The notes below the pieces were generated by a model. The model ran no database searches. It saw only the letters and a program-made list of their open reading frames with translations, and was not told where the DNA came from. From a virus, in IMG/VR virus record IMGVR_UViG_3300010885_054390, positions 16,255 to 80,254 of that record: DNA of 64,000 bases; one strand, written 5' to 3'. The translations under genes and the position numbers were made by a program. Below, piece after piece: positions 34,901 through 43,461 of the stretch; within the stretch, counting starts at the first letter, position 1, and the number at the start of each line of letters is the position of its first letter.

Positions 34901-37334
34901 CAGCTTCTGAACCTTGCGTAGAAGCGTCTGGTTGAAGGGTCTCGAGAGGAGTGGCAGTTTCTTGAGGTTGGCCCTCTCCTTTTGTTTCGACGGGCGCGAC
35001 TGCGGCTGTAGCTGTTGTTGCTGCTTTTTTTGAGCTTTTCTGGAAAATTTTCTCAGCTTTTTGTTTTTCATCTAGCAAACTATTAATAGCCTTTAAATGC
35101 TCCTTTACAACAGGCGAGTCTTTTGAGAGCCCGCGAACCGCACGTTGCCAGTAATCCTTCGCTGAAAGAAGGGACTCCTCCAAGATTCCGGCCTTCTGTT
35201 TGTCCATGTCTTTTCTGTTTTGCCAAGTATCTTCTGTGGTGACTCCAATCTTTTTCCTTTGAATCAACTGGCGAACAAACTCGCTGTAAAGATTGTTGCC
35301 GCTAAGATTCTCGTCACCGTATTGAGCGCGGGTGTCGCGGATTTCTTTTTCTGTCATCTGCGAGGCACCCTTTTCACCAAACTCTTTTCTCCACTGGCTA
35401 AAGGAAGTTTTATTTGGGTCTACCTCTCCGCGATTGATGGCCTGCTGATAAAGGTTTGCCCTTGCCTTTGTCATGTCTGTGTCGTGAATCAACTCTTCTG
35501 CCATTGCAGATATTAGATACGTTTGTCGCCTTTTTTCGGCTAGCTGTGCGTTACCACCCTTTTCTCCCTTAACTTTTTGGTCAATGCCTGAAAGCTCTTG
35601 CTTGAGAAGATCTAGGTTTATTTGAACTGTATTTTCTTCATTGGTATCAATAGAGAAAGCCCTGTTATTGTCAGAAAACTTAATTGTGATCGGCTTGTCT
35701 GGGTTTGCTCCGAGCACATTGTAAGCTTCCTTCATTGCCATCCCGGTAAGCCTTTTTGCGCGGTTAAACGCGGACTCTTTTTGGGTGTTGTCTAGGCCGC
35801 TATGTAGGCTGTCAAAAGACTCCCTATCAAAAGTAAATGGGTTGTTGGCTTGTTCCTGCTCATCCCCCATTAGCTTAGTCATCAAGTTACTTTGATTCCG
35901 GAAATCTTGCATGGCCAAAGCCATTGATGTCTTGGGCGCGAAGTTGCGAAGCCTTTCAGCGACTAAGTCCGCCCTAGAAGATCCTCTCGCTGCTGCGATA
36001 ACCGGTGCTCCACCTCCGACCTCCAAAGCGCCCTCCATAGCGATTGCATTTGGGTCTGTAATGTCTCCGTAGGCCAACTGCTGGCTAAGCGCCTCTCCAC
36101 CCATTCCGCCCGTAACCTCAGTTAAAAATAAACCGCCAGTTTCAGCTACCTTCCGAAGCCTGCTTACCCCTTTTAGGCCAGCCTTTACAGCGGTGCTCTC
36201 GAAGGCGGAGGATAGCCCAAAGGTGGCAAGAGCCGTTAGCCCGTCAACAACGCCCACCGGAACGCCCTTTTCATTTGCGGCCTGCTTAACCTTGCCCATC
36301 AGCTCTTCGTTCTGCATTGCTGCGACAAGTTGCTCGGGGTCGTTTACGTTAATCCCGTCAAAGCCGGGTGTGGGATCTTTTAAAGGCTCCTTGCCATTCT
36401 TTACCCGCTCAATGTTCTTAGCCCGAATATCCTTTTGAATCTCGCCACTCAAAAGCCCCATTAACGTCCCCGAATATTCCAGCTCGTAGGAGCTCTTTCC
36501 TGTAGCGGTGGCTACGCCCGTCCTGAAGCCCTGCTTTGCGCCTTGAATGGCCCCCGGAATCGCGCCCACACCGTCAAAGGCGACTCCCACCCCAGCACCA
36601 ATTCCCGCCCCAGCAAGGGTCTGCCCCACAATGGCGTCTGCATTAGTGGCAATCTTTGGGGTAAGCATCGAGAGCTGCTCGACCATAGCCCCAGCAAAAT
36701 TGGGTAGAACCGACTTCGACAAAAAGATGTCCCCAACTGTTTCCTTTGGCGGGGCCAGTTTTGAGATCTCTTCGTTTAAACGCTTAACATCTGAGGCGGC
36801 TTTTTCCATGCCGCTTTGATCTTTTTCAGCCGCAGCTTTTTCCAAGGCTTCGGTGGCCTCGGACAATTGGTACTGCTTAAATCCGTAGGTTCCGCGCTCA
36901 AAAAGTTCTGGGCCATTAAAAACGTATTTCTCCAAGACGTTTCTGTCGGGCCTGTCCAACTGGAAGGCCTTCTCAATCTGTTTAAACTGATCGTTAAGTT
37001 GTTTTCTGCCTGTTGCCGTTTGGAGGGCTCCCGTTGGCTCAACGGCTTGAAGAGTTTTTCCGCGCCAAGTGTCAAAGAGTTCTTTTTTCTTTTCGAAGTC
37101 AGCCTTATCAAAGTTTGAGGCTACCTGATAATCGTTCCAGCTTTGAGGCCCGTTTTGTTGAGCCGGCTCTGTCGCAACCTGTTCTGCTGGGACCTCTTGC
37201 GAGGCTTCTTCCGCTGTAGCTAGCGATGAAAGTTTTTGATTTATCTCCGGTGTAAGCTTGTCGAGCTCTTCTTGAGTTATGTCTTCGGGGAGGTCAAGGT
37301 TCACTTGCCCCCTACCGGGGATGTCTACTAACAT
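25947..37334 (-). CDS. giant polyvalent internal virion/ejection protein (3795 aa): peptidase-like, sigma-like, HD-GH, degenerate ART and LPD38-like modules
   Basis: Last gene of the virion module; C-terminal LPD38-like motif (FWSKVPEF.K..N......SLPLPYGY), FKDWFGNSKV ART-PolyVal-like start, AEELIH, sigma-like segment aa ~1037-1416. Confidence 0.85.
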   Translation of the reverse strand: MLVDIPGRGQVNLDLPEDITQEELDKLTPEINQKLSSLATAEEASQEVPAEQVATEPAQQNGPQSWNDYQVASNFDKADFEKKKELFDTWRGKTLQAVEPTGALQTATGRKQLNDQFKQIEKAFQLDRPDRNVLEKYVFNGPELFERGTYGFKQYQLSEATEALEKAAAEKDQSGMEKAASDVKRLNEEISKLAPPKETVGDIFLSKSVLPNFAGAMVEQLSMLTPKIATNADAIVGQTLAGAGIGAGVGVAFDGVGAIPGAIQGAKQGFRTGVATATGKSSYELEYSGTLMGLLSGEIQKDIRAKNIERVKNGKEPLKDPTPGFDGINVNDPEQLVAAMQNEELMGKVKQAANEKGVPVGVVDGLTALATFGLSSAFESTAVKAGLKGVSRLRKVAETGGLFLTEVTGGMGGEALSQQLAYGDITDPNAIAMEGALEVGGGAPVIAAARGSSRADLVAERLRNFAPKTSMALAMQDFRNQSNLMTKLMGDEQEQANNPFTFDRESFDSLHSGLDNTQKESAFNRAKRLTGMAMKEAYNVLGANPDKPITIKFSDNNRAFSIDTNEENTVQINLDLLKQELSGIDQKVKGEKGGNAQLAEKRRQTYLISAMAEELIHDTDMTKARANLYQQAINRGEVDPNKTSFSQWRKEFGEKGASQMTEKEIRDTRAQYGDENLSGNNLYSEFVRQLIQRKKIGVTTEDTWQNRKDMDKQKAGILEESLLSAKDYWQRAVRGLSKDSPVVKEHLKAINSLLDEKQKAEKIFQKSSKKAATTATAAVAPVETKGEGQPQETATPLETLQPDASTQGSEAVPATLEPQQPSRLATLQAKFDETSNKIAEIEASPVPDEVELEQDRYRQLDALNVVRDNIRKEIEAEKIKAPAPKAKATPVPKPAKKETPAKVNPSSLKRFQARGKYGSVRLVFPDQNSADAYDSGRRRDGKDRKKDSATLQKRETTIRNLVAKKILGDPVQASQKLTEYRQMIRDSIVKAKEGDEVPIPSFEAFVGKSKPQEQKAQMPDEPTLSIPEDEETLGAAPVTRETPRGQEAAQGQYFNSIDVTVNSKMGEDVNPNADKILDSLINDPEMVNETVKYFAGYIRNNPVFKFELERMGIKTPSEVANEALIYLMTASRETNFPENGSKEEQKTAVFRSIKNKLSRLISTELEQKLKKGPSDKTETPIQQQVDEQSDPQMEEDVTPQIDASVEDQATVLPDEDPNAPTFTDSMDESQKVASINPETGQAKTAVTANWGDRLGEQVPDTIESQEVPEYTDAAFDENGQAVLSVEPEILDKISRESKESVGQKLNKIIAEAPFTGAEKEIFDNVFRGNLQAKFNPYSQKIEITGYFESEKDATRTRNLSSGEKKRRQRARERVEKWMSETLRPSMIKEIGTLRFANASPGILKKLGLKRYRLGDVLGAAKITPEPNTKAIDKLPDFDPYWMGPKGEIIPVESSAIRYEGMDSMDSHAGEMIMWLQENEPEIYKDLQQKYGYSLGKNVNNEMFSRGWLRMTNDGNNILLEGKPGRDQIDLLIQKAISLELGVVHDRWPAKSKTLFKPLTPGQISNVVGEMDIFGAAKVAVAAMRDRNFKSLKNADNLAETRFAKRGKNLMKLASIFGYNITDPTNTVGGWDNPDVGLQLEPSVVFTLPEGDPKPLAALLASNPFSTPEVQRAVYIFDTNVTNPTDVEHEIVFKDRSGLNKFVANARKLGFEDGFGIDTASNTLYLGVQQNEQTQDRITKFFEAYKGLIKEARSELGQIQVIEQQDYSGLLEQLGNRLQDIPDDFTKGLAAYHLGVSRAAIGGGSVGESASPQANRRVRGWSKAQSSARLLRQAKEASRRGPIMVDHIWVPVRKEEATKIAEAYENLPDFDPSEEVKKAYESLASEIEEQWKFATEKMGMRFEPWTKEGQPYETSSEMRKDVRSNNRLFYFTGGESHPYLGKRDENGVSLNEKLRAIHDLFGHAAEGYGFGPRGEENAWIKHSQMFSDNAQRALTTETRGQNSWFNFGPHRYSLLNSDIKSEKGTAPYAKQKVALLPEEFTKWQRIPEVELVIMAKTYAKRSAPEYDPITGKRLPGMTAQEIELLPEMMYPEKKLNYSGVKKDDEKYLAEQKRLAEIRRNEPAPWEVEAPKQDTTIGAASPSQQLLRSVAGFNFPLRRMKGFQKMSFARKMESENYWTDVNEKNRTLQNVISDFSVFENNTAVLDFWNDLLGSFSASTKESFQTNLLRAINASSENKDRVLAATASMFKVPLMRTKAGEAFVMMPGVGGNLALMESNGKFTYVETAKLSPDEGYMAANRLDANKFASGRLPQVPKNGTAERVLFDDAYKKLAEAYRFNGSPEILKDAASFVAKYVPSEDLVRFLQTANGATFEDAKEIVYGDRLHAARITPIEPSEIELTEIGATTFNPENPVSGLMTAKGALIEGGNFDSISETELFSKKDLSNFKKNWLQVEVSDAGLKVTGPKEPTDEQQMQLAKVVGYAKKPVFLNGKAFDYKKAIRKNAFIDSFVRRIEESYLEADDQIDENGNYRVGLLDNPDFRRRNYDLFKQIEKFRNSAEAFNNTMEKVVADFQEEGLDRGTFDRLRTIFKGDSVPALTAVLTHEVFPSISPASRDFIASRLPYFLKATPDSEVLNLVTKLKEFKDWFGNSKVTRPDGSPAVQYYVATSDIRAPNTLSTPGGALTYSRDQVRADDVQFSVAQAYQKDGKPRMKTPVFVRAENPLRMASVPEHVFDGSVFIKEAIVPMLSKAIADQTGMKLSEVSERIKTTADAIEEQSYPHLADSTAFANTFFQGVLKGFGFDSIELGEANTDDKAQNSRFVVFNADQLKLANGLNSDFTSSPDILGAAPIGGFKYQPENKVFFDESKVPFLPRFARELLGKYVTNADKILGLRRFWQDRFIDLKKIQESIEKQIGEPLPDSLNAYQLEELYHGKVGARLTDFNENIVEPILQKLRSSGISTAEIEEFMYALHAKERNARIRLINPMPPEPYFPGEDATPEELAKYNKAKKNKEYIEQLHERGSGMTDAEADDLIAKYKADDRATQLEESRQMIRQMIDGALRQRLDEGLISRPLFEALTDRYKDYVPLKGIPGATAEEIATSGQATGKGFNIRGEEVKPTLGRLSRAENILAYAMNSAAAGIVRAEKNVLGNALYELVQAYPDSDLWEIAKPQTVRRLVTRKDPESGEAFQYARDFIDPTWMNQDDIFATKINGETKFIRIKNPDLVRNLKNGGINSENWSSKVVGALATFNRLLSITRTGLSPEFFFTNPIRDLQTAAFNLSAEQYKDLSGRVVKSVLSLKPLRTSLAEEFNPNSTQDEWGDSYRAFLKAGGKLIGWVTGDIETQIKDIQKIVDGKDPNSAQKFLKASSNWIEKMNGGVENATRLAVFHHARELGATDQQAAAIARNATVNFTKKGEAGPVFNSIYLFFNASLQGSARLVQSVATSPKVRKLAVGAVTSGLLASMFNEASGGDDEDGESFWSKVPEFKKRTNIIIMLPGTKGRYVSLPLPYGYNTFWHTGNILSDLVLGKKTNGNTAVRMAETLMESFNPIGGARNLLSSLTPTVFQPLTDIYLNQDWAGRPITPSDFPGDASPTPASEKYFNSVTPAFKHLTKFMNEISGGNEVREGALSFSPEYMDYFAGYLTGAVGSTILRVASLPEKILNPNESLGLNDIPILRRFVGEQPSYADYERFSAIRQAAYTAIEEQKLLGGRGDTEGAQKASEKYAAEINVYPIVRSASGQLQKVKQQLKAIQKQSEEGGDDRSAEIKALKDRQKEIIMGVSKAYNEELSRQKN

Positions 37335-37340
37335 GACGTT

Positions 37341-39041
37341 TTATCCCACTCCGTAACCTTCAAGGGTAACGTCTACCATTCTAACTCCCTTTCGAGTAGT
37401 AACTTTTCTAAAAACTTTTCCGTCGATAACTTGCAGGTTGGGGTCGTTAGCAATCTTCACATCACTAGGATTAGAGAAACCGCTTGGGCTATACAATATT
37501 TTTCCTTTAGTTGAGCCAAGATCATTTGTTTCCTTTTTTGGGGTTGGCCTTACGGGAGCTACTGCATCTTGGCCCGCCTCAACTGCAACTACTGTTCCGT
37601 CTTCCTTGCGAACAAACTTTAATGAAGGAGTAGTGGAGCTGCTTGATTTTTTGGGGGCCGGCTGTTGTTGTGGTGCGGGAGTTGCTGGCTGGGCCTGTTG
37701 TTGCTTCGGTGCTGGCGCACCCGAAATTACATTCGGAACCGCTCCCCCGGTCTTCTTGGCTCCCTTTGCTGCCATAATCCGCTCGTAGCCGACTGTCTTT
37801 GGCAGGTTCGGATTAGAGTTTAGTTTATCAACGTAGTCGCTTTCGTACGAAGCAAGTTTTCCCTCAAGTTGTTTTTCGGTTACCGCTACTTGAGTTTTTG
37901 GGTCTGTATAGGTAGTCACGCCTGCTGACTTCATTGCTGCGAGCTGTGCGTTTACTTCCGATATATTTTTTTCAATATCGTCTAAGCTTTTTTTATCTTC
38001 AATGGCCATCTTTCCGGCAAAGCTTTCTCCCGTGGATACGCCAGTCGGAACTGTTCCCTCAACTTCAACACCTTTCGGGCCAGTAGTAATTTTGGAAGTC
38101 TTGATTCCGACGGCCATGTTATTAGACACTCCTTCACGAAGCAGTTTTCTTTGTTTAAACGTATCGGGATTAAACTGGCTGGCCTCGTAAACAAGTTGCC
38201 CAATTTCCTCTGGATCTGGCTTGTTGTGATCCATGTTCAGGAAATACTTTTGCATTTTGTTCTTAAGCATAAATGCTTTTTCAAATTCTTGCTGACTCAT
38301 GTCTTCTCGGAAGCTTAGGGCGGCATTAAGGTTCATTCTTGAATCGGAAAACTCTTTAATCGTTGATTCTTTGGCCTGATACAAATCTGTTGCTCGCGCT
38401 TCTTTTCTTGCGTCATCCAAAACTTTTTCAAAGGCAGAAGACATTTCCGGACTGTATCGGGTTTGACCGGTTGCGTCAGTAAATTGAGACATTGACGGAT
38501 CGGCCCTCATTGTTTCCAATTCTTTATAGGCAAGAGCTCCGTCTTCACCTCCGCTTTTAACTCGCGCTACCAAAGAGCCGAGTCTGTCCTTAAAGTCCAT
38601 TAGCTTTGGCGTTCCAACTCTTGCGGCTGCGTATTGGTCGACCGCCTCTGCTGTTTTTAAAGAGTTTAGCTGAGACTGGTTGCGAAGATTCTCGGTTGCA
38701 ACCACTTGCTGGGTGTAGCTTTGAGCAGTTTTGAGGGCTTCGATCTGACGAAGGTTCGCGAAGAAGTTATTCCCACTTCCGTCGTTTACTGGATACAGAA
38801 TGTTGTTTATACGATCTTCTTCCGCTGATCTGCGAATATCCTGCATTTGCTTCATTGCTTGGAGCTGTTGCATTTGATTCTGTTGATAAGCGCCCTGAAG
38901 CTGGACGGCTCCAAGGGTAGACTGGTTTTGACGAATTTGCTGATCGGTATAAAGATTCGGATCTCCGTACTTGTCCCACCCTTGTTCGCGAAGTCGGAAA
39001 GCTTCTTGTAAAAATCCTGAGTTGAAGTTAGCGTCTGGCAT
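37341..39041 (-). CDS. internal virion (ejection) protein
   Basis: Gln-rich helical protein directly upstream of the giant gene, the typical podovirus ejection-protein position. Confidence 0.6.
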   Translation of the reverse strand: MPDANFNSGFLQEAFRLREQGWDKYGDPNLYTDQQIRQNQSTLGAVQLQGAYQQNQMQQLQAMKQMQDIRRSAEEDRINNILYPVNDGSGNNFFANLRQIEALKTAQSYTQQVVATENLRNQSQLNSLKTAEAVDQYAAARVGTPKLMDFKDRLGSLVARVKSGGEDGALAYKELETMRADPSMSQFTDATGQTRYSPEMSSAFEKVLDDARKEARATDLYQAKESTIKEFSDSRMNLNAALSFREDMSQQEFEKAFMLKNKMQKYFLNMDHNKPDPEEIGQLVYEASQFNPDTFKQRKLLREGVSNNMAVGIKTSKITTGPKGVEVEGTVPTGVSTGESFAGKMAIEDKKSLDDIEKNISEVNAQLAAMKSAGVTTYTDPKTQVAVTEKQLEGKLASYESDYVDKLNSNPNLPKTVGYERIMAAKGAKKTGGAVPNVISGAPAPKQQQAQPATPAPQQQPAPKKSSSSTTPSLKFVRKEDGTVVAVEAGQDAVAPVRPTPKKETNDLGSTKGKILYSPSGFSNPSDVKIANDPNLQVIDGKVFRKVTTRKGVRMVDVTLEGYGVG

Positions 39042-39053
39042 AATTAAAACCCT

Positions 39054-40259
39054 TTAGTTGGCCCCGCCGAACAAAGAGCCGGCGAGAGATCTACTACTTG
39101 TACCGAACATTCCACCCAAAAAATCTCCGTAGGCGCTGAACATATTGCCCATATTTGCAGACTTTCTTGACCCACCCAAGCCACCCGCTGATCCGTAATA
39201 ACCTGAAAGTCCCGGGTCGTAATAGTTCCCGCCAGTCCCGCCCCCTTGAGTCCCAACAAATACTGGCATTGTAGAAGCTCCCGTCGGGGCTGTGGTCAGA
39301 TACTTTTGCTGATTGCCTGCAATCATTGTTGGGTTTGAGGCCGCAACCGAAGTAGGCACTATATTTGCATTCGACATTGCCTGCATATTAGGCCCAGCTC
39401 CTAGCATTTGGTAAGTTGGATTCTGAAACTGAGGCATAGACATCATTTGCTGCGGGGCAGCGTTTGTTCCACCTCCGTAGCCACCGTACCCGCCGCCAGC
39501 GCTTCCAAGTCCAGTGGAGCCGCCCATTCCCAAAGCGTTTAAACCTTGCTGTGCCATTCCGCCTGCGAGTCCACCGGCAAACATATTTGCGGCTCCGCTA
39601 ATTGCATTAAATGGAGCTGTTACAACCGAACTTACCATATTAAATGGAGCCGATACAATTGATCCGATGGTATTGCTAACCAAGTTCTCAAAGGGGCTCT
39701 TGAGCTGAGAGTTGTAGTACGCAATCTGCTTGTTCTGATTATTAATGTTATTGTTGTAGTAAGTCTCTTGGTCAATTCGGTTAGCCAAAGTCCCAAAGTC
39801 TACGCGATACTGGGAGCCGGAACCCTCGGGCGTTAGAGCCCTGCCAAAATCTAACATTTGACTTGTATAGTTTTGGCCCTGCTGTTGAAGGTTTAAACGT
39901 TGTAGGCCTAAGTTTTGGAGCAAGTCAAACTGCGTCATTTCTCCGGCAGCCGTACCTCTTCCGCTTAGCCCAGCGTAAGCGGCATCTTTTTGAAGTCCGT
40001 ACAAAGTGTCGGCTGGTAGTTCCCCTTTTTGGAAGGATTGAGCTATTTCGCCAAACCGGCCCATGTTAGATTCCAGACCGGGAACCGCACTATAGACGTT
40101 ACTTTGGTAGGCTTTGTTAAAGTCATCGGCAAGCTTTTGATACCTACCCCAAGGTTGGGCCAAGTATTCGCTGTTTATAAGGTCTGAATTTGGTCGTATT
40201 TGAACGGGGCTGTACGACGGCATTGAAGGCGGTTTACTGAAAAAGTCAAAAAAGCCCAT
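39054..40259 (-). CDS. Gly-rich internal virion/DNA transfer protein
   Basis: Gly/Ala/Met-rich amphipathic segments; position in the ejection cluster. Confidence 0.6.
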   Translation of the reverse strand: MGFFDFFSKPPSMPSYSPVQIRPNSDLINSEYLAQPWGRYQKLADDFNKAYQSNVYSAVPGLESNMGRFGEIAQSFQKGELPADTLYGLQKDAAYAGLSGRGTAAGEMTQFDLLQNLGLQRLNLQQQGQNYTSQMLDFGRALTPEGSGSQYRVDFGTLANRIDQETYYNNNINNQNKQIAYYNSQLKSPFENLVSNTIGSIVSAPFNMVSSVVTAPFNAISGAANMFAGGLAGGMAQQGLNALGMGGSTGLGSAGGGYGGYGGGTNAAPQQMMSMPQFQNPTYQMLGAGPNMQAMSNANIVPTSVAASNPTMIAGNQQKYLTTAPTGASTMPVFVGTQGGGTGGNYYDPGLSGYYGSAGGLGGSRKSANMGNMFSAYGDFLGGMFGTSSRSLAGSLFGGAN

Positions 40260-40305
40260 ATAGGTATTTCTATGTTAAGGTTTTATCGAGTCAATTCGCA
40301 TTTGT

Positions 40306-43300
40306 TTAAATGGGGGTACCCCAGTTTAGGCCGCTAAATGTACCCGTGCGAAGGGAGCTGAAGAGAGTTCCGAGCTGAGCGGAGTTCATTACGTCATCTA
40401 CCTGCCCCACCATCGCTATGTCCATTGGGCAGGCCACCCTAAATTTTTCGTAACTATATGGCACATAAACGTTATTGACGTATCCGTTGTACCATCCGTT
40501 TTGCAAATTATATATTGTGTCGTTATTGTGAGTTAACCCTACGCCAAGCCTTCTCCCAAATCGGTTTGAGTAAGACCCTCTCTTTTTTGTGGCGCGGATT
40601 ATCTTTAGACTGTTTGATCCCGGCGTAAGCGAGACCACACCGCTTGTCCCGACACCCGCATAAAAATTTATTGTTGTGGGTCGCATATTGTCAATGCTTG
40701 AGCTTGTAGGCAAGTACGCACCATATCCTGCCGGATAAGCATTTGGCGTAAGGGTAGACGTGTAGCTAGCGTCCATATCTGAATTTGAAATTAGATTATT
40801 CGAAGCATCCCGAGTCTCAAAGGTAAATGCTAAGAAATAAAATAAACCCGGAGCCAATGTTTTTGTTAAAGCTAATTCTTGTGAGAAGCCAAGTTTTCTT
40901 GTTGGTGCACTATATTTTACACCCCAAGAAGTTGTGTCGCACAGCTCATTCCAAGGGCCGGGATTTGTGAAATAAAGTGTTCTGTTGGAATTATCAAAGC
41001 CTTTGGTGTAAAGTAGCCACCCCAAACCGTTGTCGGTGTAGTAATTTGTGCTTGCGCCCCCAAACGGCAGAGTGCTTATTGTTTCCCAATCCGCACCTTG
41101 TGAGGCAATTACTTGTGGCGTAGTGGCTCCTGAAATTGCATCGGGTTGCGTCTCGGCCCAGTCTGGCCGAATTCTAAAAACCATAAAAAAGGTTGCCGCG
41201 TTAGTTGGCATGAGGGTGTCGGTGTCTAGATCCGTATTAGACGTATTTTGATAAGCACCGATCCCATTGTATGCGCTTCGAAAAGGTTGACTTGGGGTAA
41301 TCGAGCGATCCTCTTTTGTGTAGTATGTAAAAGTTGAGGAGGGCATAGTTTCGTAGTACGCGTTTAAACTTACATTTGACGCCTCATTCGCATTCTTTGA
41401 TAGCCTATTTGACGCCATCCAGTATTCTTTAGTCGGCATAACATTCGCATATTGGTTAGCATAGTTAGTTGAAAAATTTCTAATTAAAGGCTGAAACAAT
41501 TCCCCAAAAAACACATTTGTTGTGTTGGTGGAGCTTTTCCAATCCCCGCCTTTTTGAAAAGTAAATGTATTTCCTGTTGTGTAAAATTTATCTAAGGATA
41601 CAATTGCTGTTTGCGTTAGCTCCGTTTGCTTGCTGATAAAGCTTTGTTCGTACCGAAAGACTTGATCTTCTAAGGAAACTGCTGGCAAATAGCAAGTCTC
41701 TCCGCCTACCTTTAATTGAAAAAGATGCGTTAGATCTTTTTCTTTATTGAAGTATTGATAGTAAGGGCTGGCTGTTGAGGCTCCCGACAAAGATGTTGGG
41801 TATTGTGATAGTACTGCGGTTGTGTTGAAATTAATTTGCTGCCTTACTTCCAAAGATCCATTGACTTGCACTTGGCCGGGAAACGAAAGCCCCAATACAA
41901 CATCTGCTGCATTTGATGTGGTTCTATTCCAAAAAGACTTTGTGGAGGTACTTAAAATATTTCCCCTTGAAAAAGAAGGTGATTTCGGAGTTGCAAAGCC
42001 GCGAATAAATTGCCTTGCTGTAAATACCTTTGAAGACCCCTTTAGGGATGAGGAAGCAAAATTAGTTATAAATGCCGCCTGCCGATAACCCCATCCGCCC
42101 AATGGTGAGTCAAAATAATAATTTGCCATAATATAATCTTGCTCGTTTTTTCCGTATAAATAAAAGCCTTTTCTAGAACCTACGTTATAAGTATCCCCAA
42201 CAATCATGTCCGTATAGTGATCTACTACAGAGTTGTTGCCGGTGCGTAAAAAAGTCATAGAAACGGCATCCCCCGAAGAGAATTGAGTTGTATAAAAAGG
42301 CTCGATAGAAATTTCTATTGAAGGAGTTGTAAAGGTAGAGGTTGTGGGTGAAGCAGATGAAAAGTTATTGTAAGTTATAGTTCTTGTTTTTCTGTTCACC
42401 GAAAGAACGGAATAAGCTCCCGCAAAGTCCGACAGAGAACCCGTAGCGCGAACAACAAGGGGCTGATTTTTAACAACTCTTTCGTCAGAAATATCGGTTG
42501 AAGCTAAGTCGACGTTCCCCAACCAATTAGTGCCGTCCTTTAAAACAATAGTTGTTACATTACTGGTTCTTTTAATTGAGGCTATATCCGACGAACCAAT
42601 AACATAATTTGTTACACATATAAACTTTCGCTCCTGCTTTTTTATGATTGTGCAGCTCACATTCTGAGCGCTTGCGGCTAGCAACGAAGCAAAAGTATCC
42701 CCTGATCCGCGACACATTTTGAGAACATAAGCAAATCTGCCGCTCCCGGTATCTGTTTTTCTAAATTCGCCGGAGTAATCTTCTGTAGCATAAAACGGCC
42801 CAGCAATTTGCATATCAGAACGTTTTTTTGTGACTCCGCCGACCCCGTTTACAGCCCCCTCAACCCATTGAATAGTGACGACGTCAAAATCGTAAATAGC
42901 TTCTGCGGGACCAGTTTTAGTTTCGGGCCTATAAATTCCGTTGCCTAATGAAATGTAGTTTGAATATCCATTTGAAGTTCCTAAGTCAAGCAGGCACTCA
43001 GTAGCTGATATTGGCGTAAATTTAATTGGGTCTTTGACAAATGTGGAGAGCTGATTGCCGTTGGCGTCGTATTGATACAATAGTTTTTCTTTTAATTGCA
43101 GGTCGGAAAGAGAGCCATTGGCGGGCATAATCATAGCGACTGTTGATTTTGCAATTGAGCTAGGGAAAAGGGAAGACAGCAAATTTTTGATTGCTGTTAT
43201 TTTTACCTGAAATGCGTCAATTTGAGCTTGAAGAGCAGAGCGAATGTTCCGCAAGGAATACATATCTCTGGCGACCAGCTTGTATCCGTCAGAATCCTGA

Positions 43301-43455
43301 CCCATTAAATCTGGTGAGGCAATAGCTTTTAAAGAAGAAAAAATATACGAAGGTTTTCCTAAGTTAACTAAGGCCTTGGTCTTGCCCACAATTCCGCCCG
43401 GAAGATCGGCCAAGAAAGACTTGATTGCTAATCCTAGAAGTGATGTTGAGGCCAT
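40306..43455 (-). CDS. tail/virion structural protein (1049 aa)
   Basis: Ser/Thr-rich beta protein with a lectin-like C-terminal region. Confidence 0.6.
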   Translation of the reverse strand: MASTSLLGLAIKSFLADLPGGIVGKTKALVNLGKPSYIFSSLKAIASPDLMGQDSDGYKLVARDMYSLRNIRSALQAQIDAFQVKITAIKNLLSSLFPSSIAKSTVAMIMPANGSLSDLQLKEKLLYQYDANGNQLSTFVKDPIKFTPISATECLLDLGTSNGYSNYISLGNGIYRPETKTGPAEAIYDFDVVTIQWVEGAVNGVGGVTKKRSDMQIAGPFYATEDYSGEFRKTDTGSGRFAYVLKMCRGSGDTFASLLAASAQNVSCTIIKKQERKFICVTNYVIGSSDIASIKRTSNVTTIVLKDGTNWLGNVDLASTDISDERVVKNQPLVVRATGSLSDFAGAYSVLSVNRKTRTITYNNFSSASPTTSTFTTPSIEISIEPFYTTQFSSGDAVSMTFLRTGNNSVVDHYTDMIVGDTYNVGSRKGFYLYGKNEQDYIMANYYFDSPLGGWGYRQAAFITNFASSSLKGSSKVFTARQFIRGFATPKSPSFSRGNILSTSTKSFWNRTTSNAADVVLGLSFPGQVQVNGSLEVRQQINFNTTAVLSQYPTSLSGASTASPYYQYFNKEKDLTHLFQLKVGGETCYLPAVSLEDQVFRYEQSFISKQTELTQTAIVSLDKFYTTGNTFTFQKGGDWKSSTNTTNVFFGELFQPLIRNFSTNYANQYANVMPTKEYWMASNRLSKNANEASNVSLNAYYETMPSSTFTYYTKEDRSITPSQPFRSAYNGIGAYQNTSNTDLDTDTLMPTNAATFFMVFRIRPDWAETQPDAISGATTPQVIASQGADWETISTLPFGGASTNYYTDNGLGWLLYTKGFDNSNRTLYFTNPGPWNELCDTTSWGVKYSAPTRKLGFSQELALTKTLAPGLFYFLAFTFETRDASNNLISNSDMDASYTSTLTPNAYPAGYGAYLPTSSSIDNMRPTTINFYAGVGTSGVVSLTPGSNSLKIIRATKKRGSYSNRFGRRLGVGLTHNNDTIYNLQNGWYNGYVNNVYVPYSYEKFRVACPMDIAMVGQVDDVMNSAQLGTLFSSLRTGTFSGLNWGTPI

Positions 43456-43461
43456 AAATTT

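Noticed and set aside
25947-37334. Giant protein as an N4- or crAss-type virion RNA polymerase
   Set aside because: I found no DFDGD/DFDID motif and no convincing T7-like polymerase motifs; the recognisable modules are those of polyvalent proteins
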